From Podarcis cretensis (taxonomy: Eukaryota): 64,000 nucleotides of DNA. This document shows, piece by piece, positions 25,098 to 37,119 of this stretch (position 1 is its first letter; each line of letters opens with the position of its first letter). The stretch lies in assembly GCA_951804945.1 (NCBI GenBank), contig OX638149.1, positions 105,338,001 through 105,402,000 of the forward strand, given 5' to 3'. A model generated the notes under the pieces. It was given only the letters and a program-made list of their open reading frames with translations, was not told the origin of the DNA and did no database searches. The translations under genes were made by a program, and so were the position numbers.

Positions 25098-25119
25098 ACT
25101 AATATTTGTAAGTGATGGT

Positions 25120-25490
25120 ACACACCATGTAGATGTTAAACAGCACGGGGGATAGTACTGAATCCTACAGAAAGCTCCAAGGGCAGAGCAACACCTGCAA
25201 GCACCACTATCTGAAAATGGCCATCCAAGGAGGATTGGGAGCAACTCAAAGCAGTGCCCTCTACCCCAGCTCAGATAGCTGCTCCTGAAGGTACCATGGC
25301 TGATGGAGTCAAAAACTACAGAGACAACATTGAGAATAGACAGACACCCACTCCCCTTCTCTCTGTCCCAGCAAGGGTCATCATGCAAAGTGATCAATTT
25401 AGTTTCTGTGCCAAAATTGGGCTTTAACTCTAATTGAAATGGATCTAGAAAATAAATCTCATCCAAGAATGCCTGGAACTGGTCCACAGC
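25120..25490 (-). mobile_element. Decayed L2-clade RT fragment
   Basis: LDPFQLELKPNFGTETKLITLHDD...VFDSISHG resembles L2 LDPFQSGFRPG.GTETAL...AFDTIDH. Confidence 0.75.
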
Positions 25491-26167
25491 CAGTGGAAAA
25501 GATTGATGCTTGCTTTCTTTTTTGTAAATATTGTGCTCCTACAATTTATATTAGTGGCTACAACCTGAGGAGAGTGATTTCAACCTAGCTCAAATATTAC
25601 CATTAACACCAGAATAAAAAGAATGCTGCTTGGAAAACGCTGCAAAAGAGTGTGGCCTCCACACAGAGAGAATTCTTTGCTCGGAAATGATTTTTGGAAG
25701 CAAACCAGAACATTCTGCAGGAAAATGCTAATATATTCTGGTTGGCATCCAAAAACTGTCCACAGATAGATCACAAAGCAGCTCAACCAGCTTAAAATAT
25801 TCTGCTCTCCCTGCATTGTAGAGTTAATGCATAACATTGGGGATACTTAAGATGCCAAAAAACATGTGGAATTGATCGGTGCCCATTCTTGCCTGCTTAC
25901 CTGTCAGTCTTAATTTGGCATTTCAACTCAGAGCCACAAAAGGGAGGGAGGTCCCCCATAACCTTTCTAGAAGAATTGTTAATAAATTGTGCAACATGGA
26001 TAAAATGGGCAGATGATTAAATATACTATGTAGTTAATGGAAGCAGTTTGCCCATCGCATATATGCACACTCAGAATAGACAGTGCTTTTTTTCTTGAAA
26101 AATAGGTGCCGGTACTCACCATGAAGTTGTTTACAGTAAGTGCCACACTTTTTAACAACAACAACAA

Positions 26168-26752
26168 CCGATCTTTAAAAAAGGTGATAGGAATTGCCAA
26201 GAGAATTACAGGCCTATAAGTTTGTTACCATGCATAAGTAAAATCTATGCCAAATCTCTGCTTATTAACTTGGAAGAATGGATGCTGACTAAAGGTCTAC
26301 CTGGTAAAGAGCAGGCCGGTTTTAAGGCAGGCTCGTCAACTCTTGACCAGTGTGTAGTGTTAAGTCATCTTGTGGATAAATATGTCATGAGAAATAAACG
26401 GAAACTCTGTGGCATTTGTGGATTTAAAAAGTGCCTTTGATTCGGTTGACCGCAACAAATTATGGACTAAACTAGAACACCTTGGTATTGACCCATATCT
26501 ACTTACACTGATTCAAAGTTTACATTCTAATAACCAAATATATGTTAAAGTATCAAAAGATGGTAGACTTGCAGGTCCTATTCTGAATAATCGAGGAGTT
26601 AGGCAAGGCTGTATCTTGGCCCCTACCCTATTTAATCTATTTTTATCTGACCTACCATTATTCCTTCAAAACGCAGCCACTCATACTCCTTATTTAAACA
26701 ATTGTCCACTCTCTTTATTACTTTATGCAGATGATGCTGTAATTATTTCACT
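26168..26752 (+). mobile_element. Non-LTR retrotransposon RT fragment, RTE-X-like
   Basis: PIFKKGD..NYRPISLL..QAGF..STLDQC / AFVDLKSAFDSV..GVRQGCILAPTLFNLF..LLYADD; single frameshift near 26408. Confidence 0.85.
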
Positions 26753-26830
26753 ACTGCTCTCTCAATAATCTTTCACTTTCCTGTCCACTGCCTGCAGCCC
26801 CATCATGTGCCCCTCAAAGTCTGCTTTTGT

Positions 26831-29800
26831 AGAAAACACTAAACAAGTTCCTTTCCTTCTCCGAAGGGGAAGCAATCCTAGGAGGTGACCTCAACCTAAA
26901 TATGAAAGGCATATCCCTGAAAGGCATCCACCCTACAACCCCATGGGCAACCTTCCTGCAAAGGAAATCCCCCAACAACTAGGGACTCTTACAAGTTACT
27001 AAAAATGTTTAATAAACAGGGGTCTCTACAACATTTGGGGTGAGCAAAACCCGGGAGACACCAGTCACACATTCCAATCCAGTACAGTGTCCAGACTGGA
27101 CAGCATTCTGCTTACACATGGTCTGATCCCCTCAGTGGAGTCAACATTCAGATCACAGATCACACCCCAGTAGAAGTCACCGTTAAAATAGGTGAGGAGA
27201 CACAAACCACCCCAGCATGGTCCTTCAGTCCCATCCTAACTACAAACAAATTAGAGAGAGTCTCACCAAAACTACTTCAAGGAAAACGATGTAGACAATA
27301 TAACAATCCCCCTCCTATGGGACGCAATGAAAGCAGTCACCAGAGGAGCTTGCATAAAAGAGAAAGCATTCCTCAAAAAACAAGCCTCCACAAAAATTAG
27401 CAAAATAGAACAAGACATCACAGCCCTCTCATTACGCTACAAACAAACAGGTTCCAAAAAACTCCTTTAACTTATAGAACAAAAAAGGAGAGAACTAGAC
27501 TCTCTATAAATCAACAAAACAATGATCAGCATTCTATACTCTAAAGAACGCTTCTATGAATATGGAGGGGAAAACTCCAGACTACTAGCAAATAGATGTA
27601 GGAAAAGAACACTCAGAACAAGAACACACTGTGTCACCAAAAAAGATGGCAGCATAAATTTCTCCCCCAAAGAAATAACCTCAGAATTTGCAGAATTCTT
27701 CTCCAACCTATATACCTCCCATAACCCACCTGAGGAGGAAATCAGAAAATTCCTAGCAGGACTGACTATGCCTTCCTTAACTGATGAGGAACAGGAATTC
27801 ATAAACAGTCCTATCACCCCAGAGGAAATAGATGCAGTCCTCAAAAACCTGAAACCAAACCAAGCCCTAGGCCCAGATGGCTTTACAGCAGAATTCTATA
27901 AGAAATTCAAAGAAGCACTGATGCCCTACATGACGTGCCTATTTAATGATATCATAAAAGGGGGACCCATGCCCAAAATCTGGACCTACTCCACAACAGT
28001 CTCCATCCCAAAACCACTGAAATACAGCCTCAAAATAGAATCATACTGCCCAATCTCATTAATAAACCAAGACTACAAGATATTCACATGAATCTTGGCC
28101 AACCACCTAAAAATCTTCTTACACAAGTTAATAGCCCCAGACCAGACTGGCTTTGTCCCTGGTCACAATATAACCGACCCCATCAGGACATTACTGAACC
28201 TGATCAAACACAGTAAGGCAACTAAACTCCCACTGACAATTATGTCCCTAGACATCCTCAAAGCTTTTGATTGCTTAGAATGGAAATACCTGTTAGCAGT
28301 ACTAACTAACATGAAATTTGGCCCCAACTTCCTACAAATTCTCAAACAAATATACCCCCAAGCCTAACAATATGGACTCTAATATTATAGCGATCCAAAG
28401 AGGCACAAAACAAGGATGCCCACTGTCTCCCTTCTTATTCATCCTGGCTCTGGAACCTTTAGCAATCCGAATCTGAGCAGCCATAGACATCAAGGGATTG
28501 GAAATAAAAGTCAGAACCTATAAATTAGAGCTCTTCACAGATGACCTAATGGTCACAACACCAGACCCCATAAACACAGCAACATCCCTAATCAGAGAAC
28601 TCAACACATTCGCAACGGTATCGGGCCTACAGGTAAATTTTGCAAAGTCGGAGGCCATGTGCTTCAACACCCCTCCTCACATCCCCCCAAAATTAAACAA
28701 TCCAGCAGTAAAACCCCTCCTCATATCCAAAAAAAACCTCACTAACGCCACCAAGGTAAAACTTTGCCACACCAAGTTCAGATACCTAGGGGTACAAATA
28801 ACCAGAAACCTCAATAAATTATACCTCCACAACTACAAGCCCCTGTGGTGACAAATTAACAAAGACCTAAAGAGATGGAACAACATAAACTTCACTCTCT
28901 CAGACAAAATAGCCATGATCAAAATGATCACCCTCCCAAAACTAACCTACCTATTCCAAACCCTCCCAGTCTGGATTCCCCCAACCCAACTCCGCAAATG
29001 GCAGAGAAAACTACACTCATTTATCTTCCCACATAAAAAACCACAAATACTTGCACCTCCCCTCCTCAGAAGGAGGATGGGGAATCCCCAGCATAGAAGC
29101 ATATTACATTGCCAACCAAGTACATCATATAATCCTATACATACTAGAAGATGAGACAAAACAATGGATACCCCTAAAAAGAGACACAGTTGAAAATACC
29201 TGCACCACAGCATACCCACTCCTCCCAAACAAAGGAAAATACCCACAACACTTAACAGGTACACACAGACCATGCTCAAAGCATGGAAAGTAGAAATAGG
29301 CATATTGTCCCCAACCCCATCCCCACTAATTCCCCTGGCGCACCATCCATTATTCCACCACACAGCACAAAACCTCCAGATAAAAACCTGGCACACCGAA
29401 GACTTATATTGCCTAATAGACGTCTATAAAAATAACAAACCCTTGTCAACACAAGAAATACAGGACAAACTAGAAGACACCCAAATGCCCTGGTTAACAC
29501 ACCATCAACTACATGCCCTCTTAAACAATCCAGCAGTAAAATCAGCAGCAACTAGGCCCCTGACAGCTTTCAAAAACCTCCTCCTAACAACAAAGGGACA
29601 TGGCAAAGGGATGGTATCCACAATATACAAAATACTACTCCAAAATCCCACAAACCCCCTAGACGCAATCAAAAAACAATGGGAGGATGACATAGGCTAT
29701 AAGATTAACCCCACCCAGTGGACCAGAATATGGTCTAAACCCCCCTTTATATCCATATAAACGAAAAGGAAAGAACTCACTCTGAAACTCACCCACAGGT

Positions 29801-30940
29801 GGTACCTAACACTAAGAAAATTAGCGCTAATATGCCCAGGAACCTCACCTAAATGCTGGAGAGGGTGCACCTCCACAGGCACATATCTCCACATGTGGTG
29901 GGAATGCCCCAAAATCCAACTATTCTGCACAACAGCCATACAAGAAATATGTAAAATAACTAGGTGGGTTATGAGTTCTTTGTGATATAAATGGGCATTA
30001 TTGTCTTGGAAGATGCTTAGTAGGGCCAATTCTGGGGTGATTTCTAGTACTTGCTTACTTTCAGCAGCCAGAAACGTCATAACCAGACACTGGAGAGACC
30101 TGTCAGGAGTAAGCATGGACCAATGATACCAAATAGTATGGGAAACAGCCCTACTAGAAAAACTAACCAATAAACTGAATCCGACACAGGAACAAATAGA
30201 AGAAGATGCCTTCACCCTGGTATGGCTCCCCTTTATCACACACACAGCCCAACAAGACAATGACAAAAATCCACCAACAGCATACAAATTAATATGGCTA
30301 ACTTGATCCGAACACCCAGCTACCCCACTCACACATGAAAACAAGGCTCACCACAGCCAATCACAAATGAACAACCACACCCTAGGCCAACCCCAACTTC
30401 TCTCACCACCAAAGGAACACAAGCAAATAGCAGAGAACCTGCACAAGCGACGCTGACACCAAACCCCACACGTATATTACCATATTTGTATTTTTCGCTA
30501 TATAAGACGCACCAGACGACAAGAAGCACCTAGTTTTTGGAGGAGGAAAACAAGAAAAAAATATATTGTGAATCTCAGAAGCCAGAACAGCAAGAGGGAT
30601 TGCTGTGCAGTGAAAGCAGCAATCCCTCTTGCTGTTCTGGCTTCTGTGATAGCTGCGCAGCCTGCATTCACTCCATAAGACGCACACACATTTCCCCTTA
30701 CTTTTTAGGAGGGAAAAAGTGAGTCTTATAGAGCAAAAAATACGGTAAGTAAAATAGAAACATCGCCACCTGCCCCCACCCCACTCACCTTTCCCCCCTC
30801 CACCTCTTCCCCCATTTTTCTTCCTAATGTAACACTAATGTCTCAACAAATGAAACTGATCAGTAAAAATGTAACTTGGAAAAAAAGAGAGAGACATTGC
30901 TCATACTTTTGTAAACCCAGAAAATCTTTAATTAAAAAAA
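26831..30940 (+). mobile_element. 5'-truncated L1 LINE, pseudogenised ORF2 (EN remnant, RT, zinc knuckle), 3'UTR and poly(A)
   Basis: GGDLN and SDH endonuclease motifs; [39 protein letters not shown] motifs; CWRGC..HMWWEC; A tail; 15-bp TSD AAAGTCTGCTTTTGT(26816-26830)/AAAGTCTGTTTTTGT(30941-30955); many stops and frameshifts. Confidence 0.95.
30480..30745. mobile_element. Tc1/mariner-pogo MITE nested in the L1 3'UTR
   Basis: gtatttttcgctatataagac / gtcttatagagcaaaaaatacgg TIRs; TA duplicated; absent from the paralogous L1 copy at ~24925. Confidence 0.88.
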
Positions 30941-32696
30941 AAAGTCTGTTTTTGTGGGGGTAAGCAGGGAGAGGAGAGGAAGGTGAGATTCTATTGCACT
31001 AGCAGAAGTGTGCTGGGCTTAGACATAGAAATGGACACAGACCTCCCCTTTATAATGCCAAGCATTTTAATGGTGACACAAAAGCAAATAATACAAAGCA
31101 CATTTAAATTAACCTTTAAAATTATGAAGAATTGGCCTGTAAAAAAAACCCTGCAAACAACTAGGAATCAGGGAGAACTACAACAAAGCTTGCAGGTAAA
31201 ATAAACCTATAGTGCATGCAGATTGTACACTGGGGAAGGCTGGGAAATTAAGTCAGCCTGGTACCTAACACTCATCAAGCAGTGGGGTAGGGGGGCTCTC
31301 TGGGGAGAGTGTTTTACAATCAGGGAGCCACCACACAAAAGGCCTTTCTGCAGGATTGCCACCTCCAGAGGTCAGGCTTGTGGGATCTACTTTGATTTTT
31401 TTTACTAGAACTCTGAGACCCACCAACCTGAGTCTGATGCAAGAGAAAGATGCTTAGAATTAAAGGATGCCGAGTTCAGGGACTTGTTCTGAGTACCAGA
31501 ACTGAATGGAGCACACTGTCCTTCCACACACAAAAATACACTCCTAAATACCTCAGGCTTTCTTTATTTAAGCTTAGGGCAAGAGGTCATTTTGCTTCAG
31601 CTGCTGCTAAACCAATGCAAGTCAGAAATCCTTGCTGATTTATTATGAGTCAGCAATCCAGATCTATCTTCTGTGCATTGGTGCTCTAGGTCTAGGACAC
31701 AGGAACTCCAGATTTGTGAAGTCGTGCTTTGTGACCAGGAACCACTCTATGTGTACTTATGAATGTCTCTGTATACATGCACACACTTCCACTCATTCGC
31801 TTTTTAAAGTGAACACTTAATGTGCAGCATGATGGCAACAAACAGGTGTTTCGTAACATAGGTCATGCAGCTGCAGCCATGAGAATCAGAACTGGTTTCA
31901 GCTGCTTTTTCGGATGTACAACCCTGTGCCAAACCCGAGTTTGTTGTTGTTTTGTGTGTACAATGGTTCTTAGTGTCATTGAATTCAGTGGGATTTGAAT
32001 ATGCAGTCTGGTAGTTAAATCATATTAATTGCAAAGACCTTTAAGAGAACCTAACAATTTTTAATATAAATTGAGCCCATAGGCAATGGTAATGTCTCAG
32101 AACTATACTTGGCCCCAACCAGTGCAAAGATTGAAGTCTTCAAGTTCCATAAATATCTGAAAAAGATAAGAAGCACAAGGCAGCTGAAAGACTTTGCCCC
32201 AGCATGTCCCATTACTGCCCTGGGCATTCTTCTGTGGGAGGGAGGAAGAAATCTCTTTGGTAATGGACTGGGTGGTTTAAAATTCTCTGGGAGTTTTTTT
32301 TTTTTGGGGGGGGGGAGTTAAATGAAAGACGTTTTGTATGAGTGGGTTCTGCAAAATACATTTGCTTAGAGACAAAGGAGACTCGGAGCCCACCACAGAA
32401 GAATTTAACATACATTAGCAGTTAATCGAATATTACTGACTTGGGATTTGACTGTAAGTAGCAACACTAGTAAAAAAATAAACCAAAACCAATCACCACC
32501 ACCCTTGAAAAACAGGATGTTAAACCAGCATTAGTTACTGTGGGGAGGAAAATATGTGAATCTCTGTGGACCCACGTTTATGGGTGAACAACAGAAAGAA
32601 ACGATTGGGTGCCCGGATCAAACCTTCATGAATTTATCAGGTCTCTCTTTAAAGCCACATTATGTGGCAGTCAATTCCATAATTTGAGTCTCAGTT

Positions 32697-32806
32697 TAGG
32701 GTTGCCATATTCGGAAGAGCAGAGGACACATGAGTCAACTTCTACTTTTAACTATGGATCGCTATTACAACTCTACCCCTGAAAAAGAGGACACATGGCA
32801 ACCCTA
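32697..32806. mobile_element. Short MITE with 12-bp TIR (PIF/Harbinger-like)
   Basis: TAGGGTTGCCAT ... ATGGCAACCCTA; internal agaggacacatg repeats; no clear TSD. Confidence 0.65.
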
Positions 32807-32895
32807 CGAGTCAATTCGGTTGAAAATAGCCATGTTTAAAAAGACATATCCACCCGTTTGCTCAGAGTTTCAAGATTACAAAATAGCAGCAAGTA

Positions 32896-33104
32896 CAGTG
32901 GTACCTCGGGTTACATACGCTTCAGGTTACAGACTCCGCTAACCCAGAAATAGTACCTCGGGTTAAGAACTTTGCTTCAGGATGAGAACGGAAATAGTGC
33001 TCCGGCGGCGTGGCAGCAGCAGGAGGCCACATTAGCTAAAGTGATGCTTCAGGTTAAGAACGGACCTCCGGAAAGAATTAAGTACTTAACCCGAGGTACC
33101 ACTG
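32896..33104. mobile_element. Tc1/mariner MITE
   Basis: Perfect 18-bp TIR cagtggtacctcgggtta, TA on both sides; same family as 63195-63434. Confidence 0.9.
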
Positions 33105-34175
33105 TATAGGGATAGGAGGGGTGCGAAAACTGTGGCCCTGGTTATTGGACCACACTAGCTGGGGTTGATAGGAGTCAGTGTCTAGAAATATCTGGAGGAT
33201 CACAAATTCCCCAGATGCATGGCAGTGAAGGATCACCTACCTCCATATTAAAGCAGCCTTCCCTAACCTGGTGCCCTCTAGGTGTGTTGGACTACAACTC
33301 CCATCAACCCCTGAGAACATGGTCAATGATCAGAAATGGAGTTGTAGTCCAGTACATCTGGAGGATCCCAGGTTAAGAAAGTCTACATTAAAGTTATAAA
33401 ATGAAGGCTCTTCTATGGATGCCCTACCCAAAAGTAGATTGTTGTCATGTAGTAGGCTCACTTTGAAACTGCCATGCCAAGATTTCTTCATTGCCCTTGG
33501 CCTTTCAAAGAACAACAACAACGAGTTTTAGTTTGGAATTTGATCTGTTCTTCTGCTGCAATATTTTTCTTGTTGTGACTTCGTATTCTATGATGTTTCT
33601 TTTAATTATGGAGTTTTGTTAGCCATTGTTATGCTTAAATTTCTCCAGAGTTTTTCTCTCTTCTGGACTTTCTATATGTACAATGAAAGTAAGCCAAACT
33701 TGTGAGGGATGAGTCATGCTTATCCTCTCAAACTTGGCAAGTCAATTTGTTTCCCAGGTTAGTCATACTCAAATGTTATTGGGATGAATGAAACAAGGTA
33801 GTCATAACTGTTGTATATATTTTTTAGATTGGTTTTAAGTGTGGCCTAAGATAGAGTTCCTCTCTCATGTAATCTAAAAGCACATACATTCAAGTATATT
33901 ATTTAGAGTCAACTGCCCCAACACTACTCAATTCTTTTTAGCTTCTTGAAACTAATGAGAATCTCTAAACTCTCCAAGGACAAGCTTGCTCTCTGTGTAG
34001 CTGTTATGGCTAATACTCTGGCTGGTCAGAGACATTATTTTCAGTTTTCACAAATGCCAAAAGTACAATTCATGCAACTTGGTTGAAAAGTATGGAAGGC
34101 ATTTGGGAGCAGAGATTGCTGATTTCAGTAGCAGTGGACTTTATTCCTTCCTCTTTGACATCAAAGGAGTAAACC

Positions 34176-34454
34176 CAGGGGTCAGCAAGGTTTATCTTGC
34201 CTGGGCCCATGGAGATCCCTCTGTGGGCTGGATCACGCGTGAGCGATTTTCAGCATCTGCGCATGCGCAGACATGATTTTGGGCATCCGCGTCTGCGCAG
34301 ACGCGATTTCCAGTGCCACGGAAGTGAGTCCCTGTGCCGCACTAGTTTAGCGCAGCATGCTAGCGGGCAGCTCAGTTCGGAGGCTGCTTGTGGGCCGGTC
34401 AAACGATCTCCGCAAGCTGCTTCTGGCCCATGGGCCTTAGGTTGCTGACCCCTG
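34176..34454. mobile_element. CpG-rich hAT MITE
   Basis: 13-bp TIR caggggtcagcaa / ttgctgacccctg; degenerate TSD. Confidence 0.85.
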
Positions 34455-34469
34455 TCTTAACCCATTTGG

Positions 34470-34470
34470 G

Positions 34471-34515
<45 letters not shown>

Positions 34516-34528
34516 AGGGAGGGAGAGA
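34470..34528. repeat. (GT)n(GA)n + poly-G compound microsatellite
   Basis: Direct reading. Confidence 0.9.
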
Positions 34529-34791
34529 CACTTCAGGCATTAGACATGCCCAATTCATGGAAAAAAACTTTTCAATTCTATTGTGGTTACTGGATTTGGG
34601 TGAAAAAGAAAAGAAAAAGAAAGCAAGCTCTAATGTGTGATATGTAAATCAGTAACTAAAAAAAGCAAAACACGCACCCATGTTTTTGAGATGGTAAGAT
34701 AAATTTTAATTATGCTAATACCACCCTTCATAGATTGCAATCACTTTGCACGGGGGGGGGGGGGGAATCACACACTCTGTAACATTTAAAA

Positions 34792-34960
34792 AACATAGGA
34801 ACATAAGCATCTGCCTTGCATTGAGTCAAACCACCAGTCCCATCTTCCACAGTATTGTCTACAGTGACTGGCACTGGTTTTCCAGGGTCTCAGTTGTACC
34901 TGGAGGTGCCCAGAATTGGGACCATCTGCACACAGAACAGATGCTGTTCCACCAAATTAC
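34792..34960 (-). mobile_element. Old tRNA-derived SINE (Squam2-like)
   Basis: aacataggaacataag..ctgcctt...gagtcaaacca...cagtattgtctacagtgactggca; same family as 36713-37100. Confidence 0.6.
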
Positions 34961-34989
34961 ATGAATGCACCAGCTGCATAATGAATATG

Positions 34990-35300
34990 CCCAACTGATG
35001 TTAGTGCTGGTTTTGATTTATAAAGCCTTAAATGCTTCAGGACTGCAATATCTGAAGGACCGCCTTTACCCATATGAACCTGTGCTCATCACCTGTGGCT
35101 TTTCCTCGTGTGCTTCCTCCATGAGAATTCTGGAGGATGGCAACATGAGAACAGGCCATTTCACAATTTCCATTTGTGGAATGCTCTCCTCAGGAAGGCT
35201 TGCCTGGTGTCATCATTAGATATCTTTAGGCACCAGGCAAAACTTTCTTCTATAACAAGGCTTTTGGTTTTTAAGTATCTGTGGGCTTTTAGAAGTGGGG
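34990..35300 (+). mobile_element. L2-clade LINE 3' fragment
   Basis: VLIYKALNASGLQYLKDRLYPYEP and LWNALL in the translations. Confidence 0.7.
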
Positions 35301-35937
35301 TGTTTTGAATGTATTTCTCTTTCCTCTTGGCTTTCATGTATCCACATGCGGTTTATTGTCTTTTCATTTCCCCTTCCCCCTTTTTTTCTTTTAAGCCACT
35401 TTGGGTTGGGTTTATCTGGGCAAGATAAAGCAAATGACAAATTTAATTTTAAAACAAGACATAACAATGGAATCTCTCCCTCCTTACCTCCTTCATGAAG
35501 CCCCTCACATCCTTACCTCACATGAGGCCCCTACTCTACATTGAGGGACCAGAATCTGGGGTGGGAAAAGAGAAAGCAGAAATCCCATTACACAAGTGAG
35601 TTTCTTCTGCACAAGCAGACAGAAATCACTGGATGTTGCCCTTACATTCCAGCTTTCAGCAGATTTTCTCATTGCGACGTGAAATAGTATTTAAACAGTC
35701 AGCCAAAAAATGCACTGTGAAGTAGACCTCAGCAATCCCCAGCCCCTCTGTTACAGTTGAGCTCTATGGTTTGGAGTTACTGACTTCATGAGTCACATAA
35801 CACTGAGGAAATTTCATTCTGTTAATCCTGTTAGCCGCTCTCCCTAAGCATTCACAGTGATTAAAGCCTTACGTGCATGAAACTAGATGGTAGAATTTTA
35901 AATCATTCTCAAACTATTTTTATAAAAGCGTAATCTC

Positions 35938-35938
<1 letters not shown>

Positions 35939-35966
<28 letters not shown>
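35939..35966. repeat. (GA)n microsatellite
   Basis: Direct reading. Confidence 0.9.
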
Positions 35967-35969
<3 letters not shown>

Positions 35970-36712
35970 GTTTGCACAGAAAGCAATCACATTATTTAAG
36001 TTAACATAGGAGACATGATTTGAAATAAAGGCTAGAAAACATTAAAATCCTGGGGTATTCCATAGAAAACTAAGCATAACCAGGACTACACAGGACACAT
36101 GCAACACAGCAGCCCCTTTTTTAAATGACAGAAATACTCCAAAAAGAAGGTTTTTTGTGGTGACATTAAAGAGTTTTTTGGTCAGTCATAGTTTTGGGAA
36201 TATGTGAGGAATGATCTCTCCAGGCCAACTCCCTTCTGATTCACTAGTTTCCAAGCATAGTTTAGATATATTGTAAAACTTGCTATAAACTTCTCTCTCT
36301 CTCTCTTATCTAACTCAATCCATAAAACAGGAAGGAAGTTAGGGAAATTGTATGCTTATTTCTGGCTGCTCTTTAAAATCCAAAAAAAGCAGAGGATTTT
36401 TTTTTTTAAAAAAAAAAACATACGCAGCAAAGGATTTTCAGGGTGTTGGGCACATGTCCTCACCAATGCTCCCTTATCTTTGCTTGGGTAGAATTTCCTC
36501 TGGAGCCATATGTCTGTTTTCTTTGGTTAGACAGGAAACACTGGGGTTACAAATGTGCTAGCTAGCCAAAGTATATTGACCACTCACATATCAGGCCGAG
36601 ATCTAGACTAGAACGTAATCCCTGAAAGAAAGGATGATGGCCATGGGAAAGGGAGTGCTGAATTCCAAGGCTGATGTCCAGCTTGAAAGGGATGGAAGTC
36701 ATTAGTTGATTA

Positions 36713-37100
36713 ATTAGGAACATAGGCAGCCAGTGTGGTGTAGTGGTTAAGAGCGGTAGACTCGTAATCTGGGAAACTGGGTTCAAGTCTCCGTTCCTCC
36801 ACATGCAGCTGCTGGGTGACCTTGGGCTAGTCACACTTCTCTGAAGTCTCTCAGCCCCACTCACCTCACAGAGTGTTTGTTGTGGGGGAGGAAGGGAAAG
36901 GAGAATGTTAGCCGCTTTGAGACTCCTTCGGGTAGTGATAAAGCAGGATATCAAATCCAAACTCCTCCTCCTCCTCTTCTTCTTCTACTGAGTCAGACCA
37001 TTGGCTTATCTGGTTCAGTATTGTCTATACTAGCAATGTGAGGATTTAAACCAGGGACTTTCTGCATGTAAAACAGATGCTCTGCTACTAAATGACAGCT
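36713..37100 (-). mobile_element. Squam2-like SINE interrupted by a younger SINE
   Basis: ggaacatagg | tactgagtcagaccattgg...gggactttctgcatgtaaaacagatgctctgctact; the two halves flank the 36725-36986 SINE. Confidence 0.6.
36725..36986 (+). mobile_element. Young tRNA-derived CORE-type SINE (Squam3-like)
   Basis: A-box TGGTGTAGTGG 36736-36746, B-box GGTTCAAGTC 36780-36789, CORE-like body, (CTC/CTT)n tail. Confidence 0.85.
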
Positions 37101-37119
37101 TCACCACTAGATTTGACAC

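Noticed and set aside
27522-29760. Several 80-190 aa ORFs with RT similarity as host genes or an active element
   Set aside because: They are fragments of one L1 ORF2 broken by stops and frameshifts; the element is 5'-truncated and lacks ORF1
29697-30344. 215-aa minus-strand ORF, the longest in the track
   Set aside because: Antisense of L1; its only meaningful segment is the inverted piece of ORF2
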